Source: a virus. Taken from it: a stretch of DNA of 64,000 bases. Below the pieces are notes generated by a model. The model was not told where the DNA came from and ran no database searches. It saw only the letters and a program-made list of their open reading frames with translations. Both the position numbers and the translations under genes were made by a program. Below, in pieces: positions 9,170-19,334 of this stretch (position 1 is its first letter; every line of letters begins with the position of its first letter). Where the stretch lies: positions 2,107 through 66,106 of the IMG/VR virus record IMGVR_UViG_3300029822_000002; one strand, given 5' to 3'.

Positions 9170-9379
9170 ATGGATGGTAGAAGTAGTAAATTAGCAGAAA
9201 AAATTTATTCTAAATATAAAAAACGCATTATAAATAGAATGAAAAAAGGTTCATTAGTAGGTATGAAGTTTAAAATAAATAATAAATTTTATACTATTAC
9301 TGATGGTGAATTTACATTCAATATTGATAAGTTTAAAAAAGATATATTAAAAAAGATAAAACATGAAAGCGATAATTAA
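9170..9379 (+). CDS. Hypothetical protein
   Basis: ORF track. Confidence 0.6.
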   Translation: MDGRSSKLAEKIYSKYKKRIINRMKKGSLVGMKFKINNKFYTITDGEFTFNIDKFKKDILKKIKHESDN

Positions 9380-10046
9380 TAAAAATCTATTTAGAGTAAA
9401 ACAAGGTTATGTTATCACTACAGATGATAAAATAGAAATCGGTGATTATGGTGTTGGATTTGCAGTAGGTATCAGTGGTGTAGGTAGAGGATGGTACCTA
9501 TTTAAAAATGATGGAACACCAAAAGGTAAATTGAATGCAATTTGTGAAAATACTAAAAGGGTTATTTACTCTTCATTTGAACTTGAAAATATACCTATTT
9601 TTAATATTAGTGATTACATTGATCCTTGGAAAGTTGGTAATATTATTTCTGTTACCACTAATTATGAATTAGAACAACCTAAACCTTTTCCAAATCATTC
9701 TGAATATGAAAATCTAGGTTATCGAACTTATGAAGGTGAAGTAATAGAATTAAATAATGGACTTGCTCTTAAATTAGATAATGGTATAAAATTTATGACA
9801 CAAGGAACATATTGGTTTGGTTCTATTTTAGATCAACAAATAACCGTACTAAGACATTCTGATAACTATACATTCACAACAAATGAATTAAATAAATTAT
9901 ATAGATATTTCGACTGTGATAAATCATTTAAATATGGTTTTATTGAATTTATAGATCATATAAAATCAACAAAAGATATCCAAGAAATAGAATTGGAACA
10001 AATTGATAATCAATTAATTGTTAAAAATGTTAAAAATGGAAAATAA
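9363..10046 (+). CDS. Hypothetical protein (intact copy of duplicated gene)
   Basis: High DNA similarity to 8045..8728. Confidence 0.8.
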   Translation: MKAIINKNLFRVKQGYVITTDDKIEIGDYGVGFAVGISGVGRGWYLFKNDGTPKGKLNAICENTKRVIYSSFELENIPIFNISDYIDPWKVGNIISVTTNYELEQPKPFPNHSEYENLGYRTYEGEVIELNNGLALKLDNGIKFMTQGTYWFGSILDQQITVLRHSDNYTFTTNELNKLYRYFDCDKSFKYGFIEFIDHIKSTKDIQEIELEQIDNQLIVKNVKNGK

Positions 10047-10314
10047 AATGAAAGATATCGCAAAAGAAATTATATCATTAAAATTTAATGACACTGATAC
10101 CATATCAGATTGTAAAAAGAAATTTTATGATATAATGTTGAAATATAATATTAATAAGACCGCTCCTCGTTATAATGATAAAGGTAAAATAGTTAGTAGA
10201 ACAGGTGATAATTATGAATGGACTATGTGTAAATATTTATTTTTAGAAATGTTACAAAGTCAATTAAATATGTCAATGTTATTTGATGATAATATACCAC
10301 AAAAAATAGTATAA
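10036..10314 (+). CDS. Hypothetical protein
   Basis: ORF track; start at 10036 or 10048. Confidence 0.6.
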   Translation: MENKMKDIAKEIISLKFNDTDTISDCKKKFYDIMLKYNINKTAPRYNDKGKIVSRTGDNYEWTMCKYLFLEMLQSQLNMSMLFDDNIPQKIV

Positions 10315-10317
10315 AAT

Positions 10318-10515
10318 ATGAAAAATTTCATAATTAAATCAAACGAATGGTTTGATAAAAGAGAAGCATTATCATTAATCTTAATAATAATCATAACATT
10401 ATTTGTGATTACTATAACATTAGCTCTTAAATGGTGGTGGTTTTTTGCTACATGGGTTATATTATATTCATCATGGAGAATATTATATTTAATAATAAAA
10501 TCTAAAAATAAATAA
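10318..10515 (+). CDS. Small membrane protein (2 TM)
   Basis: Two hydrophobic segments. Confidence 0.6.
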   Translation: MKNFIIKSNEWFDKREALSLILIIIITLFVITITLALKWWWFFATWVILYSSWRILYLIIKSKNK

Positions 10516-10517
10516 TT

Positions 10518-10919
10518 ATGACTAATTCTAATAAAATTATTGCAGACTTTATGAATTTAGAATTTAATAAAGAATCTAATTCATGGAAATCTACTAAAAA
10601 TGATATTTCAATAATTGATACATTATTATTGAATGATAAGGATGGGATTTTAAAATTTGATAAGTCATATGATTGGTTATTAGAAGTTATTAAAAAAATA
10701 TCCAATTTAAAAAAATTAGATATAGATGGATATTATTATAAAACGATTATTAAAAACACAGAACAAAATAATTATGTAGTTACTATAAGTCAAGTAGGTA
10801 AGTATTCTTTTGATAAAATTGTAATAACACATGTTTATAGTGATAATTTAATTGAATCTATTTATAAATCAGTAATTAATTTCATAAATCATTATAATAT
10901 AGAAAATAGTTTAATATAA
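10518..10919 (+). CDS. Hypothetical protein (phage 'NKIIADFM...F..S.DWL..V..KI' type)
   Basis: ORF track; recurrent phage ORFan pattern. Confidence 0.65.
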   Translation: MTNSNKIIADFMNLEFNKESNSWKSTKNDISIIDTLLLNDKDGILKFDKSYDWLLEVIKKISNLKKLDIDGYYYKTIIKNTEQNNYVVTISQVGKYSFDKIVITHVYSDNLIESIYKSVINFINHYNIENSLI

Positions 10920-10923
10920 TTAA

Positions 10924-10955
10924 TTTGTAAAATCAATTTTTATTTTTTATCTTTG
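10924..10955 (+). promoter_or_regulatory. Bacteroidota-type promoter
   Basis: TTTG 10924-10927, 20-nt spacer, TATCTTTG 10948-10955. Confidence 0.8.
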
Positions 10956-10976
10956 TGAAAAATTAAATATTATTTA

Positions 10977-12149
10977 ATGGAAAAAATAACAAATATATCA
11001 CTATTTGATGGTTCTATTGCAACTATTAAGGATACTGAAAATTATAAAGCACTAAGAAGTAGTGAATATAATTTCTTTTTTGATAAAAATAATGGTTTTT
11101 TTATTAGATGGGGTAAAGGTGATTATACAAAAGAATCAAAATTAAGTAAAGATAAAGTTGATTTATATATCTTATGGTGTAATATATGGGGCGAAAAATT
11201 TAATGCTAAAGAATTCATGTTGGATTTAGATACTGATGGTAGTGAAATTAATACTACAATTGAAATAGTGGATTGGGAAATATCTGAACTTTGTGATATG
11301 GGTTGTCCGTTTTGCTATAAAAGTAATACATCATTTAAAGGAAAAAATATATCTTTTGATGATTTTAAAACTATTTTTCATAAACTACCACCAAGCGTAA
11401 TAACTATTGCATATGGTATTGGTTCTATATCACTATGTCCAAATTTATGGGAAATATTGAAATATACTAGATATAATGGTATAATTCCAACTATTACTAT
11501 AAACGGTGATGTAACAGAAGAAGATTTAGATAAATTATCTAATGTAGTAGGAGCATGTGCCGTAAGTATTTATGATAAAGAAAAAAGTTATAATACCATA
11601 AAAGGATTGACAGATAGAGGGTTAAAACAAACCAATATACACGTGATGATCAGTGAAGAAACATATGAAAAAACATTAGAAATATTAAATGATGTTAAAA
11701 CAGATTATCGATTATCTAATGTTTATAGTGTTGTTCTTCTTTCATTAAAAGAAAAAGGTAGAAGTATTGGTAAATTTAACAAATTATCACAAGAAAAATT
11801 TGACAATTTATTTAAATTTGCAATTGATAATAATATAGGGATTGGTTTTGATAGCTGTAGTGCAGCTAAATGTTTTAATTTTATTAATAAAAATAAAACA
11901 TATGATTATATGAGAACATACATAGATCCATGTGAATCATCAATATATAGTAGTTATATTAATGTAAATGGTGATTATTTTCCTTGTTCTTTCGCAGAAG
12001 GTAATGGTGAATGGAAAGAAGGATTATCAGTTTTGAATTGTAATAATGTAATGCAAGATATATGGTTCAACAAAAAAACTATAAAATTCAGAGAAAATGT
12101 CCAAAAATGCAGATCATGTAATATTGGATGCTCAATTTATACAATATAA
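10977..12149 (+). CDS. Radical SAM protein with SPASM/twitch-like C-terminus
   Basis: CDMGCPFC (CxxxCxxC); C-terminal CES...G..FPCSF...CRSCNIGC. Confidence 0.9.
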   Translation: MEKITNISLFDGSIATIKDTENYKALRSSEYNFFFDKNNGFFIRWGKGDYTKESKLSKDKVDLYILWCNIWGEKFNAKEFMLDLDTDGSEINTTIEIVDWEISELCDMGCPFCYKSNTSFKGKNISFDDFKTIFHKLPPSVITIAYGIGSISLCPNLWEILKYTRYNGIIPTITINGDVTEEDLDKLSNVVGACAVSIYDKEKSYNTIKGLTDRGLKQTNIHVMISEETYEKTLEILNDVKTDYRLSNVYSVVLLSLKEKGRSIGKFNKLSQEKFDNLFKFAIDNNIGIGFDSCSAAKCFNFINKNKTYDYMRTYIDPCESSIYSSYINVNGDYFPCSFAEGNGEWKEGLSVLNCNNVMQDIWFNKKTIKFRENVQKCRSCNIGCSIYTI

Positions 12150-12160
12150 AATATTAAAAT

Positions 12161-13096
12161 TCAATCTTTTATTTTATATTGTTCTTCTGTTTTTGATTGT
12201 TTGCTAGCATTATGTTTTCTCTTAGTAAAACATAAATTATCTACAGATGATATATCTTCAATATTAATATTATTTAAAAATCCATATATAATACTTATTT
12301 TATGATCTATATTTGGATAATTTTCATTATTTGATTTATAAATTTGATAATTATCTTTTATATATTCGCCATCGTAGTAATCATAACCATTCCAATCTTG
12401 TTTAAATGTAGATTTTCTAATATTTATTTTAGTTAATGAAACACATTTTTTATAATAATCGTCAAATTTAGTATAATCTTCAGTATTTAATCTATAACCT
12501 TTTTCTGATAATATTTTTCTTATTCGTTTAATTATTTCTGGGTTTTGAAAAACATTTTCGGTTCCATATTTTTTTAAATTTGTTTGTTTTCTTTTTTCTA
12601 TAACATCCTTTCTATTAAGCGAATATTCAACCCCATGATTCTTTAAACATGTGTCTTTCATTTTTTGTTTAATTATTTCTGATTTACCAGGATTATCAAC
12701 ATTATATTTTTTTAAACAAGTATTTATTGATTTATTTTTAATAATTTGTTTTTCTTCTTCTGTTTTGTTTTTATAAATATCGCTATTTAATTTTTTATAA
12801 TAATCTAACTGTGTATTATTCGCAACTCCAAATTTTTTAATATTTGATTCTACAATTTTTTTCTTTATTTCTGGATTATTTGTAGCACATTTAACTGAAC
12901 AATGTGTAAAATAACCAAATCCTCTAAAATTAAATTTTGTATCATTACCACACACAGGACAAATACCTATTGTACCGTTCTTAAAATATTTATTAAAATA
13001 ATCTTTTTTAGACATTTTATTATGACTATATCTCAAATGTTGCCATAATCCTCTACGACTACTAAAGATTCGATTACATATTTTACACTCTTCCAT
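12161..13096 (-). CDS. Homing-endonuclease-like protein (C2H2 finger, KYGVEN-type repeats, HNH-like C-terminus)
   Basis: CKIC..HLRYSH, CPVC..HCSVKC, repeated 'K.GV.N' units, NIDHKISI...NLCFTKRKHNASK. Confidence 0.7.
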   Translation of the reverse strand: MEECKICNRIFSSRRGLWQHLRYSHNKMSKKDYFNKYFKNGTIGICPVCGNDTKFNFRGFGYFTHCSVKCATNNPEIKKKIVESNIKKFGVANNTQLDYYKKLNSDIYKNKTEEEKQIIKNKSINTCLKKYNVDNPGKSEIIKQKMKDTCLKNHGVEYSLNRKDVIEKRKQTNLKKYGTENVFQNPEIIKRIRKILSEKGYRLNTEDYTKFDDYYKKCVSLTKINIRKSTFKQDWNGYDYYDGEYIKDNYQIYKSNNENYPNIDHKISIIYGFLNNINIEDISSVDNLCFTKRKHNASKQSKTEEQYKIKD

Positions 13097-13099
13097 AAT

Positions 13100-13267
13100 T
13101 TAAATGATTATTTTTTTAATTCTATCATCATTTATAAAATTTTTAATATCTTGGTATATTAACCATTCAATATATTGAGATTTATTTATGATTTTTTCAT
13201 CTATAATATCATTCAATTTTATATCAATTGAAATAGATATATTTGTTTTAATTTTTTTTCTTTTCAT
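13100..13267 (-). CDS. Ribbon-helix-helix protein (55 aa, not in ORF track)
   Basis: MKRKKIKTNISISIDIKLNDIIDEKIINKSQYIEWLIYQDI...; alternating beta strand then N[KR]S.YIE.LI..D helix. Confidence 0.75.
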   Translation of the reverse strand: MKRKKIKTNISISIDIKLNDIIDEKIINKSQYIEWLIYQDIKNFINDDRIKKIII

Positions 13268-13382
13268 TTTATTCTATTGTTTTATAGTATATATTAAATA
13301 TTAAAAGTCAAAAAGTAATATTTTTAGATTATTTTTAAAGATAAACAAAATAATTTTTTAAGTATATAAAAGAAAAAAAATT

Positions 13383-13571
13383 ATGAATAAGAAAAAACTA
13401 GGATATTCTAAGAAACAAAAGATAAGTGTATCTATAAATGATGATTTAATCCCATTAATAGATGAACGATTAGAAAATTTAAATACCAATAGATCTCGTT
13501 ATATAGAAAATTTAATTCGTAAAGATTTTGAAGATAGAGGACTTAATATTAAACCATATTTTGAAAAATAA
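13383..13571 (+). CDS. Ribbon-helix-helix protein
   Basis: KISVSINDDL...NRSRYIENLIRKD. Confidence 0.75.
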   Translation: MNKKKLGYSKKQKISVSINDDLIPLIDERLENLNTNRSRYIENLIRKDFEDRGLNIKPYFEK

Positions 13572-13572
13572 A

Positions 13573-13604
13573 TTTGGAAATATTTAAAATTTTAGTTATT
13601 TTTG
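13573..13604 (+). promoter_or_regulatory. Bacteroidota-type promoter
   Basis: TTTG 13573-13576, 20-nt spacer, TATTTTTG 13597-13604. Confidence 0.75.
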
Positions 13605-13631
13605 TATTATGTTTAATTTAATTAAAGTTTA

Positions 13632-14675
13632 ATGGAAAAAAATAAATGCATTATAATAGGTGGTGATTTTGGTGAAATTCCAAAATCATCATCTATTGTT
13701 AAGAAATTATCTGAATTATTACAATGTGATTCATTAAATGGCGGCACAATAGACGATTTAATAAATGTTAAATTAAATGATTATGATCTTATCCTATGGT
13801 TCGCAAACATATCTAATAACGAAGAAAAGAATTATCCAAAAAAACCAAAAGGTTCAGTTTTAATATGTTCAAAACTAATTCATGATGATGTTACAGATAT
13901 TGATGCGGTATCAAGAATATTTAAAATGAACGCAAATGCCGTAATATCAATAAGAACAAATGAAAAACCATTTAATTTTAAATTAATAGATGCTTTAGGT
14001 AATGTTTGGTGTAATACATCAGATTTGAATAATCTATATGATAAAATAAAAGATATTTATAATTTTACAAATGATAGTATACGATATAAATCTATTAGTG
14101 TATCTAATGATATTTTAGATTTATCTGATTATCAACAATTTATAGATTTAAATAAATTAGTTGCAGATAAAACAGAATCAATGGGTGGTAGATATTTTGG
14201 TAATTGCTCAACTAGGTGTGATAAAATGTTACCGTCAATTAGATTTAATAATGATTCGATATTAGTAAGTAGAAGAAATGTTGATAAAAACAGATTAACA
14301 GTCGATGATTTAGTTTTGGTTAAATTAGATTATGATATAGTTCAATATAACGGTAAATATAAACCTAGTGTAGATACCCCTATTCAATTACAACTATATA
14401 GAATATTCCCAAATATAAATTTTATGATACATGGGCATTATTATGTTGATGGTGTACCATTTACAGAAAAATATAATCTATGTGGTGATGTAAGAGAGGT
14501 TAATAGTATTTTTAAATTTATATCTATATCAAAACTTGGCGATAAAAGTAATGGTATTATAAATCTAAAAAATCACGGATTTCTAATTTATGCATCAACT
14601 TTAGATAATTTAGATAAATTGATAAATAATTGCAATTTTATTAAAAGAAATATTGGTTTTGAAAATATAAGTTAG
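13632..14675 (+). CDS. Protein with C-terminal class II aldolase/adducin-like domain
   Basis: KPSVDTPIQ, MIHGH, NLKNHG.LI motifs. Confidence 0.7.
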   Translation: MEKNKCIIIGGDFGEIPKSSSIVKKLSELLQCDSLNGGTIDDLINVKLNDYDLILWFANISNNEEKNYPKKPKGSVLICSKLIHDDVTDIDAVSRIFKMNANAVISIRTNEKPFNFKLIDALGNVWCNTSDLNNLYDKIKDIYNFTNDSIRYKSISVSNDILDLSDYQQFIDLNKLVADKTESMGGRYFGNCSTRCDKMLPSIRFNNDSILVSRRNVDKNRLTVDDLVLVKLDYDIVQYNGKYKPSVDTPIQLQLYRIFPNINFMIHGHYYVDGVPFTEKYNLCGDVREVNSIFKFISISKLGDKSNGIINLKNHGFLIYASTLDNLDKLINNCNFIKRNIGFENIS

Positions 14676-14706
14676 TATACTTGTAAATAATTTAAAAAAT
14701 AAAAAT

Positions 14707-16506
14707 ATGGCAAAGAAGAATAAACAAAAAAATGATTTTAGTATTAAGGATATAATAGCCTTATTTACTGTTATTTTCACAGGTTGGTATTTTACTTACT
14801 TTAGTTTACCTGTTTTAAATTACGGGTTTGTAGGATGGCCTTTCATTTTAATATTGATGGGTGTTGTTTATATATTATTTGATTTTAAAAGTAATGAATA
14901 TGGTGGATCCGAATTTAAAAAAACATATCGAACATCTATATCATTAGGATTAATGTCAATAGGTTTAATATTTTTTATAATATTACCAATTGGTACAATG
15001 CCAGTATTTAGAGCACATGATTATCAAAAATTATTGGATGGAGTTGAAGAAAAAACACTAAGTATAGATATGAGTCCAACATCACCAGATGATATTATAA
15101 TAATTGATCATAAAACAGCGGCTAAATTAGCTGATAAAAAACTAGTTGATGAAAATATGTCGTTAGGTAGTCAAGTTGAAATTGGTGAATTTACTTTACA
15201 ACAAGTAAATAATAAACTATATTATGTTGCCCCTTTGAATCATTCTGGTTTTTGGAAATGGAGAAGAAATAAAGAAGGAACAACTGGTTATATGATTGTT
15301 AATGCTAATAATGATAAAGATGTTAGATTGATAACTAATATTAATGGAGAAGATGTTAAATTAAAATATCAAGAAGGTGCATATGTTGGTGATTATTTAC
15401 AAAGACATATATACAAAAATGGATATAAAACAAAAGCATTCACTGATATTAGTTTTGAATTGGATGATAATATGATGCCATGGTATGTTGTTACACTATA
15501 TGATAAAAAAGTTGGATATTTAGGTAGAGATGCAATTGGTACTATAATAGTAAATCCTAAAAATGGTGATATTAAAGAGTATAGTATTGAAGATACACCA
15601 GAATGGGTAGATAGAATACAACCAAGTCTTTTTATTATTAGTCAGGTAAATGATTGGGGTAGATATATACATGGTGCATGGAATTGGAGTGGTAGAGATA
15701 AAAGGCAACTAAGTGATGGTGTACAAATAGTATATGGTGAAGATGGGAAATGTTATTACTACAGTAGTATAACATCAGTTGGTAGAGATAATGCTAGTCT
15801 TGGTTTTGTTATGGTTGATACAAGAACTAAAAAAACAAGATTATATAGAACATCAGGTGCAATTGAAAGTGCTGCACAAAGATCAGCAGAACAAAGAATG
15901 CCAGAAAAAAATTATATTGCATCTTTTCCTAGACCATATAATATTAATGGGGTATGGACATATGTTATGGCATTAAAAGATCAAGAAGGATTAATAAAAA
16001 GTATTGCTCTTGTATCATATGAAAAATATCAAATTGTTGGAGTAGGAGATAATATTCAGGACGCTATTAGAAATTATAGATCAGTTTTAAATAGTAATGG
16101 TAATGTTATATCGCCATCATCAGATACTAAAAATATTAATTTAACTGGTACTATAGATAGAATTGGTGTTGATATAAGGAGTAGCGATAGTTATTATTAT
16201 TTTGTTATTAAAGAATATCCTAATAAAATATTCGTATCTTCATCTACAATATCTAACAAAATAATTGTTACAAAAGTTGGTGATAAAGTAAATATTAGTT
16301 TTCCTGAAAGTGGTGATGGTGAAATATTTATTGAAGATTTTGAAAATTTAAATTTAAATTTTGAAAAATCAGATACACAATTAAATATCGAAAAAAAATA
16401 TCAAGAAGTTGATGATAGAATAAAAACAGAACAAATTGATGTTAGAATAAAATCTAAAATAGAAAATATGACAAATGAAGAAAAATTAAAAATATTAGAT
16501 AAATAG
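14707..16506 (+). CDS. Membrane-anchored uncharacterised protein (3 N-terminal TM plus large soluble domain)
   Basis: Hydrophobic helices in first ~100 aa; P.WVDRIQP, P.P.NI.G.WTY motifs. Confidence 0.75.
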   Translation: MAKKNKQKNDFSIKDIIALFTVIFTGWYFTYFSLPVLNYGFVGWPFILILMGVVYILFDFKSNEYGGSEFKKTYRTSISLGLMSIGLIFFIILPIGTMPVFRAHDYQKLLDGVEEKTLSIDMSPTSPDDIIIIDHKTAAKLADKKLVDENMSLGSQVEIGEFTLQQVNNKLYYVAPLNHSGFWKWRRNKEGTTGYMIVNANNDKDVRLITNINGEDVKLKYQEGAYVGDYLQRHIYKNGYKTKAFTDISFELDDNMMPWYVVTLYDKKVGYLGRDAIGTIIVNPKNGDIKEYSIEDTPEWVDRIQPSLFIISQVNDWGRYIHGAWNWSGRDKRQLSDGVQIVYGEDGKCYYYSSITSVGRDNASLGFVMVDTRTKKTRLYRTSGAIESAAQRSAEQRMPEKNYIASFPRPYNINGVWTYVMALKDQEGLIKSIALVSYEKYQIVGVGDNIQDAIRNYRSVLNSNGNVISPSSDTKNINLTGTIDRIGVDIRSSDSYYYFVIKEYPNKIFVSSSTISNKIIVTKVGDKVNISFPESGDGEIFIEDFENLNLNFEKSDTQLNIEKKYQEVDDRIKTEQIDVRIKSKIENMTNEEKLKILDK

Positions 16507-16534
16507 TATGACACATTTTCATATTCTAAATAAA

Positions 16535-16550
16535 AGGCACAAAAATTGTT
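16535..16550 (+). promoter_or_regulatory. Possible sigma54-like -24/-12 element; adjacent palindrome AATATTGAT-N5-ATCAATATT at 16561-16583
   Basis: GGCAC-AAAAA-TTGT (GG-N10-G geometry, non-consensus -12) upstream of the dnaJ-containing cluster. Confidence 0.35.
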
Positions 16551-16604
16551 TAACAAAAAGAATATTGATTTAATATCAATATTCTTTACAATAATATAAA
16601 TAAT

Positions 16605-16994
16605 ATGGATATAACTATATATAATGAATTATATAAAGATTTTCAAGACTTATATGAACAATCTAAAAAAGTCATGCATGACTCTGATAAATATAAAGAA
16701 AAAATAATAAATATAAGTCAATAAGATTTATTTAATCCTTTGAGTGATGATATAATTAAACCAATAATGTCAATTGCCAAATATAATGAAATGGCATTTC
16801 ATATTATTGATAAATTAGAAAGTATAAATAGTGAATATACTTTAAAATATAGAAATCAAATTGAAAATAACCCAACACAAATTCCTAAATTACCACAAAT
16901 ATTTATTCTTTTTAGAAAATTAATAAGAAGTTTACATAAAGAAGATTATGATGAGTGTAATAGGTTAAAAAATAAAATATTAACAAAATATTAA
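16605..16994 (+). pseudogene. UVR-motif protein interrupted by in-frame TAA at 16722-16724
   Basis: ATG 16605 in frame with ORF-track 16740; C-terminal EDYDECNRLKNKI resembles the UvrB/C motif. Confidence 0.55.
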
Positions 16995-17007
16995 ACTTTT
17001 ATTAATT

Positions 17008-17220
17008 ATGAAGATATTAGAAATTGATAATAAACCAACAATACATAAACAAGATTCTTTTGGAGATATTTATTTATATCCTGAAGGAACTATTCGAAAA
17101 ATTAGAAAATTAACATTAAGAGGTTATAAAATAATATATGAAAAAGCATCAATTAAATTTGATTCAAATTTAGATACTTCAATATATTTTAATGATTGGA
17201 CAACAATTAATAAAAAATAA
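17008..17220 (+). CDS. Hypothetical protein
   Basis: ORF track. Confidence 0.6.
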   Translation: MKILEIDNKPTIHKQDSFGDIYLYPEGTIRKIRKLTLRGYKIIYEKASIKFDSNLDTSIYFNDWTTINKK

Positions 17221-17229
17221 TTTTATTTT

Positions 17230-18288
17230 ATGAATTATTACAATATACTAGGTGTAGATAAAAATGCAACACCCGATGAAATAAAAAAGGCGTATCGCAA
17301 ATTAGCCATGCAATATCATCCTGATAAAAATCCTGATAACCAAGAATCAGAACAAAAATTCAAAGATATATCAGAAGCATATTCAGTATTATCAGATACC
17401 CAAAAAAGACAAAATTATGATCGTTATGGTAACACTAAAAATTTCAATAGTGGATTTAATTATGATGATTTTATGGGTGGATTTAATATAAATTTTGATG
17501 ATATTTTTAGTGGATTCGGTTTTGGTGGAGGTAGTTTTAATCAAAGAAGTGTTAATAAAGGTGAAGATTTAAGATTAAAAATAAATATTGATTTATATGA
17601 TGTCAGAGATGGACTAGATAAAAATGTAAAATATAATAGAAAAGTAAAATGTAAATCATGTAATGGATTTGGTGGTGAACATGAAAAATGCGACAAATGT
17701 GATGGTGTTGGTAAGTTAAGAATGGGTAGACAAACAATGTTTGGGTTTACATCCACAATTGTAAATTGTGATAAATGTAATGGTTCCGGATATGTAATAA
17801 CCAATAACTGTAGTAGTTGTATAGGTACTGGTGTTATTGATGAACAAACAGAATTAAACATCAAGATACCAAAAGGTGTAAATGACGGAGATAAATTTCA
17901 AATAAGAACTAAGGGAAACTCACCATATAGACCTGGTAGTGGTGGAATATACGGTGATTTAATTGTACATATATCTGTTAAAGAACATGATAAATTAAAA
18001 AGAGATGGCGTAAATTTGATTTATGAATTATATATACCTTTTACAAAAATGATATTAGGTGGTAAATCAATAATACCAACATTAGATGGCGATGTATCTA
18101 TAAATATAAAACCACACACTCAAAATAATAGTACATTAAGATTAAAAGGAAAGGGGTTATGTGATCAAAGAAATAATAAAGGAGATATTTATATAATATT
18201 AAATGTAGATATACCTAAAAAAATAACAAAAGAAGAAAAAATATTATTAGAAGAATTATCAAAATCAGAAAATTTTAATGGAATTTAA
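17230..18288 (+). CDS. dnaJ: Chaperone DnaJ (class A)
   Basis: J-domain with HPD, G/F-rich linker, four CxxCxGxG repeats, C-terminal domain. Confidence 0.95.
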   Translation: MNYYNILGVDKNATPDEIKKAYRKLAMQYHPDKNPDNQESEQKFKDISEAYSVLSDTQKRQNYDRYGNTKNFNSGFNYDDFMGGFNINFDDIFSGFGFGGGSFNQRSVNKGEDLRLKINIDLYDVRDGLDKNVKYNRKVKCKSCNGFGGEHEKCDKCDGVGKLRMGRQTMFGFTSTIVNCDKCNGSGYVITNNCSSCIGTGVIDEQTELNIKIPKGVNDGDKFQIRTKGNSPYRPGSGGIYGDLIVHISVKEHDKLKRDGVNLIYELYIPFTKMILGGKSIIPTLDGDVSINIKPHTQNNSTLRLKGKGLCDQRNNKGDIYIILNVDIPKKITKEEKILLEELSKSENFNGI

Positions 18289-18799
18289 TAAATATAAATT
18301 ACCTAATTATAAACAATTACCTATATATCTAATTAAAAATCATTTACATGATATAAAAACTGATACTAATCTTGGTGAATGGGAAATATCTATGAATTTA
18401 CCAGGTGGTTATGTTGGTATCCCTAAATGGCACCCTTTTTATAAAAAAAATTATAGTAAATTAAATAAATATGTTATTATACACGGTGGTTGGGGCAATG
18501 GTTATGTTGGTATCCCTAAATGGCACCCTTTTTATAAAAAAAATTATAGTGAATTAAATAAATATGTTATTATACACGGTGGTTTAACATTTTCAGATTT
18601 TAATGAAGATAAATGTTTATGGATCATTGGATTTGATACAAATCATTATAATGACGATATTAATAATTTTCCATATGATTTTGTTTTAAATGAAACAAAA
18701 TATTTAAGGGAACAGTGTTTAAAACTTAAAGAAGTACAAAGAATTTTAAAATTAAATAAACTTAATAATAAATTATGGGAAAAAAACCAACATTATTGA
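18278..18799 (+). CDS. Phage hypothetical protein (GYV.IP..HP...HGGLTFS family) with internal duplication
   Basis: Motif pattern; 31-aa tandem repeat. Confidence 0.7.
   Translation: MEFNKYKLPNYKQLPIYLIKNHLHDIKTDTNLGEWEISMNLPGGYVGIPKWHPFYKKNYSKLNKYVIIHGGWGNGYVGIPKWHPFYKKNYSELNKYVIIHGGLTFSDFNEDKCLWIIGFDTNHYNDDINNFPYDFVLNETKYLREQCLKLKEVQRILKLNKLNNKLWEKNQHY
18406..18584 (+). repeat. 86-bp direct repeat, period 93 nt
   Basis: 18406-18491 vs 18499-18584, one A/G mismatch. Confidence 0.9.
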
Positions 18800-19317
18800 T
18801 ATTAATAATAATATTTTTATTATTTTTGTTTTATCTTTTTATTAAAAAGGATAAAGAATTAAATACATTCTATTTCCCTGATACTGTTATTGTTAACAAT
18901 TATACAGATTTAAAAAATGCTGATACTATATCAATGGTAATAACAAATAAAATATTAAATATTGATACTATTCAAATTGATATTTTTACATCACCCATTA
19001 ATATGAATACAGATAAATATGAAATATATGGTTATACATTTCCAAACTTATATGAAAAAGATAAATATTATATATTTTTAGGTCGCACATTTCCTAGAAA
19101 CATGATAATAACATTATTGTCTCATGAAATGGTACATATTCAACAATATAGAGATGGTACATTAATTTATCCAGGATCAGATAAATATTACCTAGAATAT
19201 AAAGGTGAAAAAATATATTTTATTGATGTACCATATAATAAGAGACCATATGAAATAGAAGCATTTGAAAAAGAAAAAATAATAAGAAAAGAACTTAATA
19301 AAATATTATATAAATAA
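18775..19317 (+). CDS. Membrane-anchored zincin metallopeptidase-like protein
   Basis: N-terminal TM; LSHEMVHIQQY (HExxH) and downstream PYEIEA. Confidence 0.75.
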   Translation: MGKKPTLLILIIIFLLFLFYLFIKKDKELNTFYFPDTVIVNNYTDLKNADTISMVITNKILNIDTIQIDIFTSPINMNTDKYEIYGYTFPNLYEKDKYYIFLGRTFPRNMIITLLSHEMVHIQQYRDGTLIYPGSDKYYLEYKGEKIYFIDVPYNKRPYEIEAFEKEKIIRKELNKILYK

Positions 19318-19334
19318 CTAAAAACAATTAAATT

